DNA of 58,852 nt from Parcubacteria group bacterium GW2011_GWC2_48_17 (GCA_001003605.1 LCPL01000006.1:1-58852); one strand, 5' to 3'. Positions 9,725 to 19,573 are shown, counted from the first letter of the stretch. Numbers and translations: made by a program. The notes: generated by a model not told the origin, from the letters alone.

Positions 9725-10138
9725 ATGCGATTCCAGGTTCCACAATTCATAAACATCGAGGATAAGATTTTCGGCCCACTCACTATACGGCAGTTCGTAT
9801 ATACGGTGGGAGGCGCCGGCATGGTCTATGTAGTCTACAATTTCCTTCCTTTCTACCTTGCCATCTTTATCATCTTGCCGGTCGCGCTTCTCACTCTGGC
9901 GCTGGCTTTCTTCAAACCGAACGGCAAGCCGTTTGTTTTCATGTTACAGTCGGCCATCACTTACGCGTTTTCTAACAGGCTATATATTTGGCGGCGAATG
10001 CCCAAGCAGATGACGCCTAGCGACGCGGTCAAGGAATTTTCCAAGGCGGAAAGCGTTGTGCCTTCTCTTTCGGAGAGCAAGCTAAAGGATTTAACATGGG
10101 CGCTTGATATCAATCAAAACGTCAAGACACGAAAATAA
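9725..10138 (+). CDS. PrgI family protein
   Basis: MRFQVPQFINIEDKIFGPLTIRQF followed by two TMs. Confidence 0.88.
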   Translation: MRFQVPQFINIEDKIFGPLTIRQFVYTVGGAGMVYVVYNFLPFYLAIFIILPVALLTLALAFFKPNGKPFVFMLQSAITYAFSNRLYIWRRMPKQMTPSDAVKEFSKAESVVPSLSESKLKDLTWALDINQNVKTRK

Positions 10139-10140
10139 AT

Positions 10141-10652
10141 ATACGAAAATACGAATTAAAACCTACGAATTGCTACGAATAAAGCGATGACAAAAAATAA
10201 CAGGACGAGTCTTAAAGTCATTCATCCAGAACTTTCATATACTATTACTGGTATCTGTTTCGCGGTACATAAGGAGCTCGGCCAATACGCGAGAGAAAAA
10301 CAGTACTGCGACCTGCTTGAGGATAAACTTAAGGAGGCAGATATGCCTTTTCAGAGAGAACTGCGTATTGGGGAGAGTGGGAATATCCTTGATTTCTTGA
10401 TTGATAACAAGATTGCTTTTGAGGCAAAAGCGAAAAAAATCCTGTTGCCGGAGGATTATCGACAGATTCAAAATTATCTTCAGATTGCTAACGTACAACT
10501 TGGTCTGTTAGTAAACTTCCGTGCCGAGCATATACTGCCGAAAAGAATTGTGCGCATTGATAGCGAATCGAACAGAAAATCACAAGTTGAGGTATAATCT
10601 TAATGCCTTATTCGTAGCAATTCGTATATTCGCATAATTCGTATTTTCGTAT
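10141..10652 (+). mobile_element. Repeat-bracketed cassette 2 (TACGAAT / ATTCGTA arms)
   Basis: atacgaaaatacgaatta (10141-10158) is the exact reverse complement of taattcgtattttcgtat (10635-10652); tacgaattgctacgaataa pairs with ttattcgtagcaattcgta. Confidence 0.8.
10187..10597 (+). CDS. GxxExxY family protein (PD-(D/E)XK-like)
   Basis: ELSYTITGICFAVHKELGQYAREKQY...DFLIDNKIAFEAK...QIQNYL...LGLLVNF. Confidence 0.88.
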   Translation: MTKNNRTSLKVIHPELSYTITGICFAVHKELGQYAREKQYCDLLEDKLKEADMPFQRELRIGESGNILDFLIDNKIAFEAKAKKILLPEDYRQIQNYLQIANVQLGLLVNFRAEHILPKRIVRIDSESNRKSQVEV

Positions 10653-11301
10653 GCCTGTAGCAGCTAAAGCTTCACAAGACTTCGTAAAGATAAAGGAAAT
10701 CCGTGATGGAATCGTAATCCTCAAGGATGGCGGGCTTCGCGCGATACTTATGACCTCGTCTATTAACTTTGCTTTGAAATCGGAAGAAAATCAGCAAGCG
10801 ATTATTTCTCAATTCCAAAATTTTCTGAATTCCCTCACTTTTTCCGTGGAGATAGTCGTGCAATCCAGGCGTTTTGACATCAAGCCGTATATAACGCTTC
10901 TTGAGGAAAGGGAGCAAAAACAAAAAAACGAGCTTCTACGATTGCAGACGCGCGAGTATATCGGCTTCGTCAAGAAATTTACCGAGAGTACGAATGTCAT
11001 GAATAAAACATTTTTTCTTGTTGTTCCATATTCGCCCGCGATTGTGGAGGTGCGCGCTGTCGGGGAAGGTATTGTTATGAAGGTCAAAGAAGGGTTCGGC
11101 AAAGCGAAACACACGGAAACGGAAAAAACGCATGGGTTTGAAGAGAGCCGCACTCAACTGGAACAGCGCGTGTCTATCGTTGAACAGGGCCTTATAAGGA
11201 CCGGGATACGAGTCGCGCAACTTGGCACTGAAGAGGTGGTGGATGTGTTTTATCAGTTGTTCAATCCGGGTGTGACGGAGAAAACGGTTCAGGAGGTCTA
11301 A
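10651..11301 (+). CDS. Conjugal-transfer TraC/VirB4 N-terminal-like protein
   Basis: IKEIRDGIVILKDG...SINFALKSEENQ...FLNSL pattern between prgI and virB4. Confidence 0.75.
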   Translation: MPVAAKASQDFVKIKEIRDGIVILKDGGLRAILMTSSINFALKSEENQQAIISQFQNFLNSLTFSVEIVVQSRRFDIKPYITLLEEREQKQKNELLRLQTREYIGFVKKFTESTNVMNKTFFLVVPYSPAIVEVRAVGEGIVMKVKEGFGKAKHTETEKTHGFEESRTQLEQRVSIVEQGLIRTGIRVAQLGTEEVVDVFYQLFNPGVTEKTVQEV

Positions 11302-11789
11302 CAGATACCAATCTGCAAATGAATACCAATCTACTAATACCTGCAAATAAGAAGCAAGAAACTGAACTCTTATATCCAGAGCTTTCATTTGATGTCGTCG
11401 GCCTCTGTTACACGGTACACAATGAACTTGACCGATTCGCCAAAGAAAAACAATATGGGGATTGTCTGGAAGAAAGATTGAAGGAAAAAGGCATGTCTTA
11501 TATTCGAGAGCTTAGAATTGGAAATACAAACAATATCGCTGACTTCTTAGTAGACAACAAAATCATTCTGGAACTTAAGTCGAAAAGATTTCTTTTGCGG
11601 GAAGACTACCTTCAAACACAGCGCTACCTTCAGGCAACTAGCATGAAATTAGGTATTCTAGTCAACTTCTCTGGGAAATACGCGCGTACCCACAGGATAG
11701 TGAGAATTGAATACTCCAGTAGAAAGCCCGACTAGAGGATTAGTAGGTATTTGTAGATTGGAATAGATTAGTATTATTGGTATCTGTTA
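11299..11789 (+). mobile_element. Repeat-bracketed cassette 3 (TACCAATC/TACTAAT arms)
   Basis: taacagataccaat (11299-11312, starts at the TAA stop) is the exact reverse complement of attggtatctgtta (11776-11789, ends on the A of ATG). Confidence 0.8.
11319..11735 (+). CDS. GxxExxY family protein
   Basis: LLYPELSF...VHNELDRFAKEKQY...ADFLVDNKIILELK...QTQRYL...LGILVNF. Confidence 0.88.
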   Translation: MNTNLLIPANKKQETELLYPELSFDVVGLCYTVHNELDRFAKEKQYGDCLEERLKEKGMSYIRELRIGNTNNIADFLVDNKIILELKSKRFLLREDYLQTQRYLQATSMKLGILVNFSGKYARTHRIVRIEYSSRKPD

Positions 11790-14700
11790 TGAGTTTTCTA
11801 GACCTATTCAAAAAAAAGCGGGGGGGGAAGGACATCACGGAGTTTTTGCCGGAGGAGATATACCAATCCGGCACGCTTGAACTCCAAGATGTGATAGCGC
11901 CATCCGCGCTCAAGGTACTGCCGAACTCCCTCAATGTGAGCGGCAAGCTCACAAGAACTTTTTTTGTGATTTCATATCCGCGGTTTCTCTCCGAGGGCTG
12001 GTTCGCCCCAATTATCAACCTGGACAAAGTCTTTGACATCAGTATTTTTGTGCATCCGGTCGACACCGGGAAGATTCTCCGTCAATTTGAGAAAAAAGTG
12101 GCGGAGGTGCAGAGTCAGATAGCTGACCGGGAGAAAAAAGGCATGGTGCGCGACCCGGTTCTTGAAACGGCGCATCAGGACCTCGAGAAACTTAGAGATG
12201 ATTTGATTCAGGCGCAGGAAAAGCTTTTTGACGTGGGGATTTATATCACAATCTACGCGTCGACGGAAGATGAGATGGACAAGACAGAAAGCGAGGTGAA
12301 ATCGATTTTGGAAAGTAAACTCGTTATTGTTAAACCAGCACTCTTCCAGCAGGAACAAGGGTTTAGGAGCACGACACCGCTCGGAAACGATGAACTTTTG
12401 GCGCACACAAAGCTCAATTCCTCGCCTCTCTCGAGCGTGTTCCCGTTTCTGTCATTCGACCTTACTTCAAACAAAGGAATCCTGTATGGGGTAAACAGGC
12501 ATAACGCCTCGCTCGTTTTATTTGATAGGTTTAGTCTTGAGAACTACAACTCAATTACGCTCGCTAAGTCAGGTTCGGGCAAATCCCTTTTGGGACATGA
12601 GCCTGTGCTGGTACGAAAAAGCGGGAGTGTTTCGCTTCGACCGATTGGCGACATCGTCGAAGAGACAATTCAGGAGAGGGGTGCTATGCATATCGACCAT
12701 GAATTGGAGGGCGTCATTGACCCTGGACTCGAAGTCTGGAGCTTTAACAAAGCAATGCGGGGGGAGTGGAGCAGAGTGACAGTTGCGGCAAGAAAGGACG
12801 CCCCGAAAGAATTGTACCGATTCAAAACTCGAAGCGGGCGTGTTGTGGAAACTACCGGCGACCATAACATGCTCCTCCTGCGTAATGGTGAAATCGTCGC
12901 GGCAAAAAGTGCAAACGTGTCTTTGGGAGAATATGTACCTATGCCACGAGAGGTGAAACAAGATGCCGCCCCCATGCTCACGCTCAATCTCTTTGAGCTT
13001 ATGGCGGATTCTGGCGTCTATGTTTCCGGAGCCGGAGAACTTATCGCTAAACATCGGCATATACTGGAAACGAAGGAACTTGACGCACGCTTTGACAAAT
13101 ATCTCTACAAATACGCGGCGGGACGGCGTATACCCATTTCTTATTTTCTGAAGATACTTGCCCGACTCGTTATCAAAACGACGGACGCGAGAGTGTCGAA
13201 ATGCCTCATCACGTCGGCAAGCGGAACTGAAAGATTGCTGGCGTTCTATATCGTAGAGTCTGCACTCGCAAAGACTCTTGGTTATTTGGCCTCAGAGGGA
13301 ACGATAGGACAAAAAGTCGCGAGCATAAGCAACACTGATCCCGTTGTAATACAAGATATCTGCAATGCGCTCTTATCTTTAAAAGTACAGTATTTCAAAA
13401 CGCTGAAAAGCGTAGTCATAAGTGATGTTGTATTCGTGAAATTTCTCGCGGTTATCGACATGAGGGAAAAATCTGCCACCAAACGAATTCCAGCCATTAT
13501 TTTTGAGAGTAGCAAAGACGCACAGGCATCATTTCTCGCCGCGTATTTCGAAGGAGATGGTGGCGTTGACGGACCTGTGGTTACGACCGTTTCAAAATCC
13601 AAGATGCTTATTTCCGATATAAGTTATCTGCTGTACTTTTTTGGTATTAGAAGCAGAGTAGCAGTGCGCCAAAAAATGATTCCCGGAAAATCGAAGGCCG
13701 ATTATCATTTGCTCACTATATCGGGGCAGGCTAATCTGGAACGATTTAAAAGCAGGATCGGCTTTGTATCGAAAAGAAAAAACAAGCTTTTATCGGGGCT
13801 CAAGCGTGCGGAAAATACGAATGTTGACGTTATTCCTGGATTGGCCACCTTATTCCGGGAAGTTGACGCGCTTCTTGGCAAGGCTATGCGTGGGCGGCGA
13901 AACTGGAGTCCTTTAAAGCGTGGTGTATTTAACCCGTCACCTCGGGAGTTGCGGCGAGTGGTCTTTGAAATCCGCGAGGTACTACGGGAGATTGAATCCA
14001 AACGATGCTTGTTTGAAACGCTCGCGAGACTACCGCGCGTAGAGGACATAGTCAGGACGGCAGAGCAGAGTAAGGCGGTCAATTCAGCGCTTTGGAAGGA
14101 ACTCGGTTCAAGTTGGGCGACGATGAAAAACGGAATGATTCCGGGAATAGTCAATGCGCGTCGCGCTCTTCAATGCATGGGTGTTCTCTTGCCAGAAACA
14201 GCAGAGGTCAGGTCAACGATTAGCGCGGGGTTTGCATTTTTAGGCGAGCCGATGAAGCATTATAATCCTTCTCTTCGCTCGGCGCTCTATGTCAGTCAGG
14301 AGGCTGATACTTCTTATGAAATGTTGGCGCAAGCCGCAGGCTTCATTGCCGCGCGTTATCGTTCGCTTTGCGGAAACATCCCTAGAGTACAAGAAATACT
14401 CGCGCGACTTGAACGGCTTGCAGAGGCTGACCTTGCCTGGGACGAAATCGTGGTGATTGAACCGTTCCAAAACGAGCGCGAGCGCTATGTCTATGATTTG
14501 ACGGTTGACAATGAAGTGTTTCTTGCGGGATATGGCGGCATGTTCGTGCATAATTCATATATGTCAAAGCTTGAGATTCTGCGGTCACTCATGTTTGGAA
14601 CGGATGTGCTTGTCATTGACCCTGAAAGGGAATACGAATACCTAGCGGAAGCGGCGGGAGGAAAATATTTCAATATCTCTCTCAATTCACCCCACCATAT

Positions 14701-15580
14701 CAATCCATTTGAGCTCGCGGCTCCGCGAGAAGACGAGTCAGCGGATGATGTTTTGCGGTCAAATATCGTCAATCTTGTCGGACTTTTTAGGATACTTCTT
14801 GGCGGCCTAACGCCGGAAGAAGACGGAATTGTTGACCTTGCTATAACGGAAACATACGCTCTCAAAGACATAACTCCCGAATCTGACTTCTCAAAAATAG
14901 ATTCTCCGCTGCTCTCTGATTTTGAACTTGTGCTAGCGGGGATAGAAGGCGGGGAGTCTCTCGTACAGCGCCTCTCCAAATACACGCGCGGCACATGGGC
15001 GGGGTTCATCAATCAACCGTCAAATATTGATATAAACTCGAACTTCATTGTCTTTTCGCTTCGAGATATGGAAGATGAGCTGAAGCCGGCGGCAATGTAT
15101 ATAATCATGCACTTCATATGGAACGCCATTAGAAAGGAACTCAAAAAGCGCATAATGCTCATTGACGAGGCCTGGTGGATGATGAAGTCCGAGGACACGG
15201 CTTCTTTCCTCCTAGGACTCGCGAAGCGGGGGCGCAAATATTTCTTGGGGCTGTCAACCATAACGCAAGATGTCGACGATTTTTTAAAGTCGCCATACGG
15301 ACTCCCTATTCTGACCAACTCCTCCATGCAGGTGCTCCTCAAGCAGTCTCAAACCGTCATTGACAAGCTTCAGCAAATTTTTGACCTTACCGACGAGGAG
15401 AAGTATCTGCTTCTGGAATCGGATGTCGGCGAGGGACTCTTTTTCGTCGGGATAAAGCATGTCGCCATCAAGGTTATCGCTTCGTATACCGAAGACCAGA
15501 TTATCACCTCCGACCCGTCGCAGTTGCTTTCTATCAAAGCGGCGAAAGAGGAGCTGAAGGCGGCCGAAGGCACTAGCTAG
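11789..15580 (+). CDS. VirB4/TraC-like ATPase, intein-containing
   Basis: Walker A AKSGSGK|S split by intein; VIDPEREY; Walker B MLIDEAW; RGRKY...ITQ. Confidence 0.9.
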   Translation: MSFLDLFKKKRGGKDITEFLPEEIYQSGTLELQDVIAPSALKVLPNSLNVSGKLTRTFFVISYPRFLSEGWFAPIINLDKVFDISIFVHPVDTGKILRQFEKKVAEVQSQIADREKKGMVRDPVLETAHQDLEKLRDDLIQAQEKLFDVGIYITIYASTEDEMDKTESEVKSILESKLVIVKPALFQQEQGFRSTTPLGNDELLAHTKLNSSPLSSVFPFLSFDLTSNKGILYGVNRHNASLVLFDRFSLENYNSITLAKSGSGKSLLGHEPVLVRKSGSVSLRPIGDIVEETIQERGAMHIDHELEGVIDPGLEVWSFNKAMRGEWSRVTVAARKDAPKELYRFKTRSGRVVETTGDHNMLLLRNGEIVAAKSANVSLGEYVPMPREVKQDAAPMLTLNLFELMADSGVYVSGAGELIAKHRHILETKELDARFDKYLYKYAAGRRIPISYFLKILARLVIKTTDARVSKCLITSASGTERLLAFYIVESALAKTLGYLASEGTIGQKVASISNTDPVVIQDICNALLSLKVQYFKTLKSVVISDVVFVKFLAVIDMREKSATKRIPAIIFESSKDAQASFLAAYFEGDGGVDGPVVTTVSKSKMLISDISYLLYFFGIRSRVAVRQKMIPGKSKADYHLLTISGQANLERFKSRIGFVSKRKNKLLSGLKRAENTNVDVIPGLATLFREVDALLGKAMRGRRNWSPLKRGVFNPSPRELRRVVFEIREVLREIESKRCLFETLARLPRVEDIVRTAEQSKAVNSALWKELGSSWATMKNGMIPGIVNARRALQCMGVLLPETAEVRSTISAGFAFLGEPMKHYNPSLRSALYVSQEADTSYEMLAQAAGFIAARYRSLCGNIPRVQEILARLERLAEADLAWDEIVVIEPFQNERERYVYDLTVDNEVFLAGYGGMFVHNSYMSKLEILRSLMFGTDVLVIDPEREYEYLAEAAGGKYFNISLNSPHHINPFELAAPREDESADDVLRSNIVNLVGLFRILLGGLTPEEDGIVDLAITETYALKDITPESDFSKIDSPLLSDFELVLAGIEGGESLVQRLSKYTRGTWAGFINQPSNIDINSNFIVFSLRDMEDELKPAAMYIIMHFIWNAIRKELKKRIMLIDEAWWMMKSEDTASFLLGLAKRGRKYFLGLSTITQDVDDFLKSPYGLPILTNSSMQVLLKQSQTVIDKLQQIFDLTDEEKYLLLESDVGEGLFFVGIKHVAIKVIASYTEDQIITSDPSQLLSIKAAKEELKAAEGTS
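12584..14554 (+). mobile_element. Intein with LAGLIDADG homing endonuclease (657 aa)
   Basis: Starts SLLGHEPV, block B TTGDHN, LGYLASEG and FLAAYFEGDG motifs, VYDLTV...FVHN|S end. Confidence 0.92.
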
Positions 15581-15672
15581 CGTTTAGCGTGTAGCGTGTA
15601 GCGGTTAGTTCAGATGAGGATTTCTTGGGCTTTCTTTTCATACTAAACGCTATACGCTAATCGCTAAACGCT
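15578..15672. repeat. Empty heptamer hairpin (CGTTTAG/CTAAACG family)
   Basis: tagcgtttagcgtgtagcgtgtagcggttagt ... actaaacgctatacgctaatcgctaaacgct, starting at the virB4 stop. Confidence 0.88.
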
Positions 15673-15684
15673 TCTTCAACTATC

Positions 15685-16155
15685 GTGCCTTCCCAACAAC
15701 AACCCAAAAAGCATGTCGTACCGACGGTTACTGCCGCGCTTATGCTCGCAACCGCACTCCTTTTTGACAGCCTACAGTTCGGAACAGACATAATGCACGT
15801 CATTCCTATCATCGGTACAATAGCGCAGTCTGTCGCGGATATACTTATAAGTGTGTGGGCTTGGCTTACTTTTTACTTGTGGTTTAAGATTCACGGAGTT
15901 TCTTTTATGCAGCCGAAACGATTTGCGCTGCTGAACGGCGGGGCGCTACTTGAAATGATTCCAATAGTCAACAGTTTACCGGCATGGACGCTTGCAGTCT
16001 TACTACTTATCGCAACCACACGCGCTGAAGAACTTATCAAAAAAATCCCTGGGGGGAGCAAAATCGCGGCTGTCGTTCAAAGAGCAGGAGGTGGCGTCCG
16101 CCGCCAGCCGGCGACGTCAGTATTGAAATCTACTTCGGAGATAACAGGAAAATAA
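15685..16155 (+). CDS. Membrane hypothetical protein of the T4SS-like cluster
   Basis: Three hydrophobic segments; EMIPIVNSLPAWT motif. Confidence 0.7.
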   Translation: MPSQQQPKKHVVPTVTAALMLATALLFDSLQFGTDIMHVIPIIGTIAQSVADILISVWAWLTFYLWFKIHGVSFMQPKRFALLNGGALLEMIPIVNSLPAWTLAVLLLIATTRAEELIKKIPGGSKIAAVVQRAGGGVRRQPATSVLKSTSEITGK

Positions 16156-16234
16156 GTTTGTTAAGCTGCTTCTCGATGGCGCCGAACAAATCGGCAAAGC
16201 GTACAAAGGCGGGAAACTCAAGATGAAGTAGTTC

Positions 16235-16297
16235 TTACAAGGTCGGACCTTGTAACGACTTCGAGGAAGTCCCGAGCATCAGATGCTCGAGACTTCC
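16235..16297. repeat. Two REP-like palindromes
   Basis: ttacaaggtc-g-gaccttgtaa and ggaagtcccgagcatc-a-gatgctcgagacttcc. Confidence 0.6.
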
Positions 16298-16501
16298 GAA
16301 TCGCATCTATATGGAAACAAGGCCGCTTCGGCAATATCGTGATGAGTATTTGAACCGCTTTTTGCCAAAACATGCCTGACAAAGATGTGGTCACAAGTAA
16401 AGAGTTCTTGGAGAAGTAGCGGCGGCCAGTCCATCTCTCGTGGACGCGGAGAGTTGGCACTCTGTGCATAGCCACTTCTGTGGTTTTGCTATACTATAGC
16501 C

Positions 16502-17506
16502 GTGCATTATAAACTTGCTGCGTTTGCGTTTCTCGCACTCATCTCGCTCGGAGCGCAGAGTCTTTTCGCGCAAACCGGAACAGCAGGAACCGAACTTTCC
16601 ATGATGGTATTTCCAGAGCATCCTCGGCCTGGAGACGCGATAGTCGTGTCCGTGGAGAGTTACAATATAGACCTCAACCGCGCGGATATGCGTTGGTTTA
16701 TAAACAACAAGCTCGTGAAGGCCGGGGTCGGTGAAAAAAGTCTTGAAACTGTCGCCTCGCGTGCGGGAGAGTTTATGGAAATCCGCGTCGCGGCGCTTGG
16801 AGAAAATGGCAGTGTTTATTCAGCGAGCATCTCATTCCGCCCGGCGGAGGTCAACCTCTTGTGGCAAACGGAAAGCTACACTCCGCCGTTCTACAAAGGA
16901 AAGGCGCTCATGCCGTATCAGGGCACGGTGCTTGTCGCGGCCGTTCCGTCCTTTACGAGAGGAGGGAGAGTTATGTCTTCAGAATCTCTTATCTACACAT
17001 GGAAAGAAGGGGATGATGTGATAGGCGATTCTTCAGGAAAAGGAAAGAGCTTGTTCGTCTTCCGCGGCAGTGTGCCGATTAGAGCCAAGACTATTTCGGT
17101 CCTCGTAGAGAGTCCTGACCGCACTATGGCCGCGGAGGCTTCAGTGGATATTGTGCCTGTCGCTCCACGCCTGCTTTTCTACGAGGAACATCCGCTCTAT
17201 GGCCTCCTTCTCTCGAAGGCGCTTATAGGAAACTTTCTCCTGAAAGGAGACGAGACTCGCATTAGCGCACTTCCGTTTTATTTTGAAACCGACACAAAGT
17301 CGAATAAAGACATCCTGTATGACTGGCAGTTGAATTATCAGGAGCTCCCGAATGAAAGAGGCCCGGCCTTGACGCTTCGCCGTATCGTAGAGACCGCTGG
17401 AAAGTCAAATCTTTTTCTTGAAGCGAGGAGCGCTGATGAGAACAAATTATTCCAGACCGCGGAGGAAAGACTTACAATTGAGTTTCCAGAGAAGAGTAGC
17501 TTCTAG
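16502..17506 (+). CDS. Secreted beta-rich (Ig/PKD-like) hypothetical protein
   Basis: Signal peptide ending LFAQ; SYTPPFYKGKAL; repeated Y-x-W strands. Confidence 0.7.
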   Translation: MHYKLAAFAFLALISLGAQSLFAQTGTAGTELSMMVFPEHPRPGDAIVVSVESYNIDLNRADMRWFINNKLVKAGVGEKSLETVASRAGEFMEIRVAALGENGSVYSASISFRPAEVNLLWQTESYTPPFYKGKALMPYQGTVLVAAVPSFTRGGRVMSSESLIYTWKEGDDVIGDSSGKGKSLFVFRGSVPIRAKTISVLVESPDRTMAAEASVDIVPVAPRLLFYEEHPLYGLLLSKALIGNFLLKGDETRISALPFYFETDTKSNKDILYDWQLNYQELPNERGPALTLRRIVETAGKSNLFLEARSADENKLFQTAEERLTIEFPEKSSF

Positions 17507-17715
17507 CTTTTAGGTTCTAGCTTCTAGCAATAAATCCAGCTTTTAGCTTCTAGGTTTTAGCTTCTAGTAAGAAGAAAATAACTATGAGCGCGCCAATCGC
17601 CAAATCATACAAAGACTTCCATGTTCTCGTACGGAGAGGTGGAAGATCTCTTCACCGAAGTTATGAAGATGCTCCATGTCCTTATCTCCAAACTAGAAGC
17701 TAAAAGCTAGAACCT
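17498..17715 (+). pseudogene. Internally deleted four-helix-bundle cassette (TAGCTTC / CTAGAAG family)
   Basis: MSAPIAKSYKDF (17584) fused out of frame to SYGEVEDLFTEVMKMLHVLISKLEAKS* (ends 17710); arms abut the upstream stop (17506) and ATG (17716). Confidence 0.85.
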
Positions 17716-19077
17716 ATGAAGCACGCATTTATCATCTACACTCTAGCCATTGTGGCCGTCCTCTCGGCAATGTGGGTAACTCCGCCGCCTGTTTACGCTG
17801 CCAATGTGAATTATGTTCCGCTCGCGCCGATTGATGTACCGGGCTCCGAGTTTACCTCAAAAGCATTCGACGAGCGGACTCCTGGGGCAGGGACTTCCGA
17901 ATGCCAAGCCCCAACCTGTTTCCCAAAGTACCTTCGCACAATTTACAACATTGGAATAGTTTTGGCGGGGCTTTTTGCCGTAGTTTCTATTGTGCGCGGC
18001 GGTTTTACGCTTATGTTCACCGATTCAATACTCGGGCACAGCGAAGGTAAAGGTATCATATTGCGCGCGCTCGGCGGACTTGTCATCGTTTATTCCTCCT
18101 ACATCTTAATGAACATGATTAACCCCGCGCTCGGCCGCGACCTTGACCTCGCGCTCCAGTTCCCGCGCGTTACCATCAGAACATGTAGCCAGCTGACGTC
18201 GCAAGAAGCGAGAGATAGGCCCGACTGTGGGGAGCTTAGTGTAATAGCAATGTCGCAGTATCAACATGATCTTTTAAGGAAGGCAGAGGTTGCAAACGGC
18301 GAATGGCGAGATAGAGAACTGGCAAGACTTGACAAGGAAATAGAAGATTTGCAGACAGAACTTGGAAGAATACCAAACGATGACGAGCACCTTGAAGAGC
18401 GCAACATTGTTAGCGGACTGCTAGCAATAAAACGAGCTGATCGCGCGGCACTACTGCGTGAAGGGACTGTGCGAGGCGCTGAAAACAAGACTGCCAAACT
18501 TTCTGAATTAGCGATTACGGAGGAAGAGTTTAACCGCCGCATCAGAGAAATCACACAAGGCACACAAGGCGGTGAGCCATCCGAGATAGCCAAGGCCCGC
18601 GCTGCATTTCAAACAATGATTGACACTGCACCGCTTTCGCCGTCGCAAATTGCTCAACTCAGAACTATGGAAGCTGACAGAATTACATCAATACAGAGAG
18701 GGGTGGCGCAGGCAGTTCTAGATAGGCCGCCAAAAAGTAGTGCTCTTGGCTTTGAAGTTGAAGACTGGATTGCAGTTGAAAAACAAGTCAGCGAGCAAAT
18801 CAAAGCAATTAGCGCAGAGCAAGGACGAATAATCCAGGAGTTGACCACTATAAAAAATAGTGCGGCCGATGCTGCTAACTCGTTGCTCGTAGCCGAGATA
18901 ACTAGCCGGGAGAAGACGGTGTGGGCCCAGACCTGTAACAACATTGCGCTGATTGCCAACCATTGCAAAGCGTTAAAATCTGAAGTTTTTAGAAAAACTC
19001 AGCATCCTCTAACGTGCGATGCTGTCCCTGCGGACATTAAAACACCGTGCATTGCTAATGGCGGCACAAAATTCTAA
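17716..19077 (+). CDS. TrbC/VirB2-like pilin domain protein with extended coiled-coil C-terminus
   Basis: YLRTIYNIGIVLAGLFAVVSIVRGG...GKGIILRALGGLVIVYSSYILMNMINP. Confidence 0.7.
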   Translation: MKHAFIIYTLAIVAVLSAMWVTPPPVYAANVNYVPLAPIDVPGSEFTSKAFDERTPGAGTSECQAPTCFPKYLRTIYNIGIVLAGLFAVVSIVRGGFTLMFTDSILGHSEGKGIILRALGGLVIVYSSYILMNMINPALGRDLDLALQFPRVTIRTCSQLTSQEARDRPDCGELSVIAMSQYQHDLLRKAEVANGEWRDRELARLDKEIEDLQTELGRIPNDDEHLEERNIVSGLLAIKRADRAALLREGTVRGAENKTAKLSELAITEEEFNRRIREITQGTQGGEPSEIAKARAAFQTMIDTAPLSPSQIAQLRTMEADRITSIQRGVAQAVLDRPPKSSALGFEVEDWIAVEKQVSEQIKAISAEQGRIIQELTTIKNSAADAANSLLVAEITSREKTVWAQTCNNIALIANHCKALKSEVFRKTQHPLTCDAVPADIKTPCIANGGTKF

Positions 19078-19381
19078 TCTAGTTTCATGCCCCGCCGAAC
19101 CAAAACCAGCATAGCGGTCGTTGTCGTAATCAGCAATGAAAAAGGACTTTGGTAGATAGGGAGGAAAACTAGTGAAGATTAAGAGCGGCACCGCAGGGGC
19201 GCCTGCCTGCCGCGTCGTCCGTGGCGCAGGTAGGTCAGGCCCGTGCCTGGCCGCACCGAATAACCCTGCGCAGGAGCGCAGGGTGTTCCCATTCGTAGGT
19301 ATTCGCAGATTCGTATCATGGACGGATTGGTATCTATGAACTGCGTTTTGCCGCCTGCTCTCTTCGTGATACAATAGCAAC

Positions 19382-19573
19382 ATGAAAACAACGCGAGGGT
19401 ATATCGCAGTGGACCCGAACATTTGCCACGGCCAGCCGCACTTTTCGGGGACGCGGGTTTTGGTGCATACCGTACTGGAACTCCTTGAAGCCGGAATCTC
19501 GACTGAAGAAATTACCGGACCGGAGTATTACCCGGGACTTACCGAAAAACACATCTCGGCAGCGTTCAGGTAA
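19382..19573 (+). pseudogene. DUF433 antitoxin, apparently 3'-truncated and orphan
   Basis: IAVDPNICHGQPHFSGTRVLVHTVLELL motif; ends inside the 3' end of convergent mazF. Confidence 0.7.
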
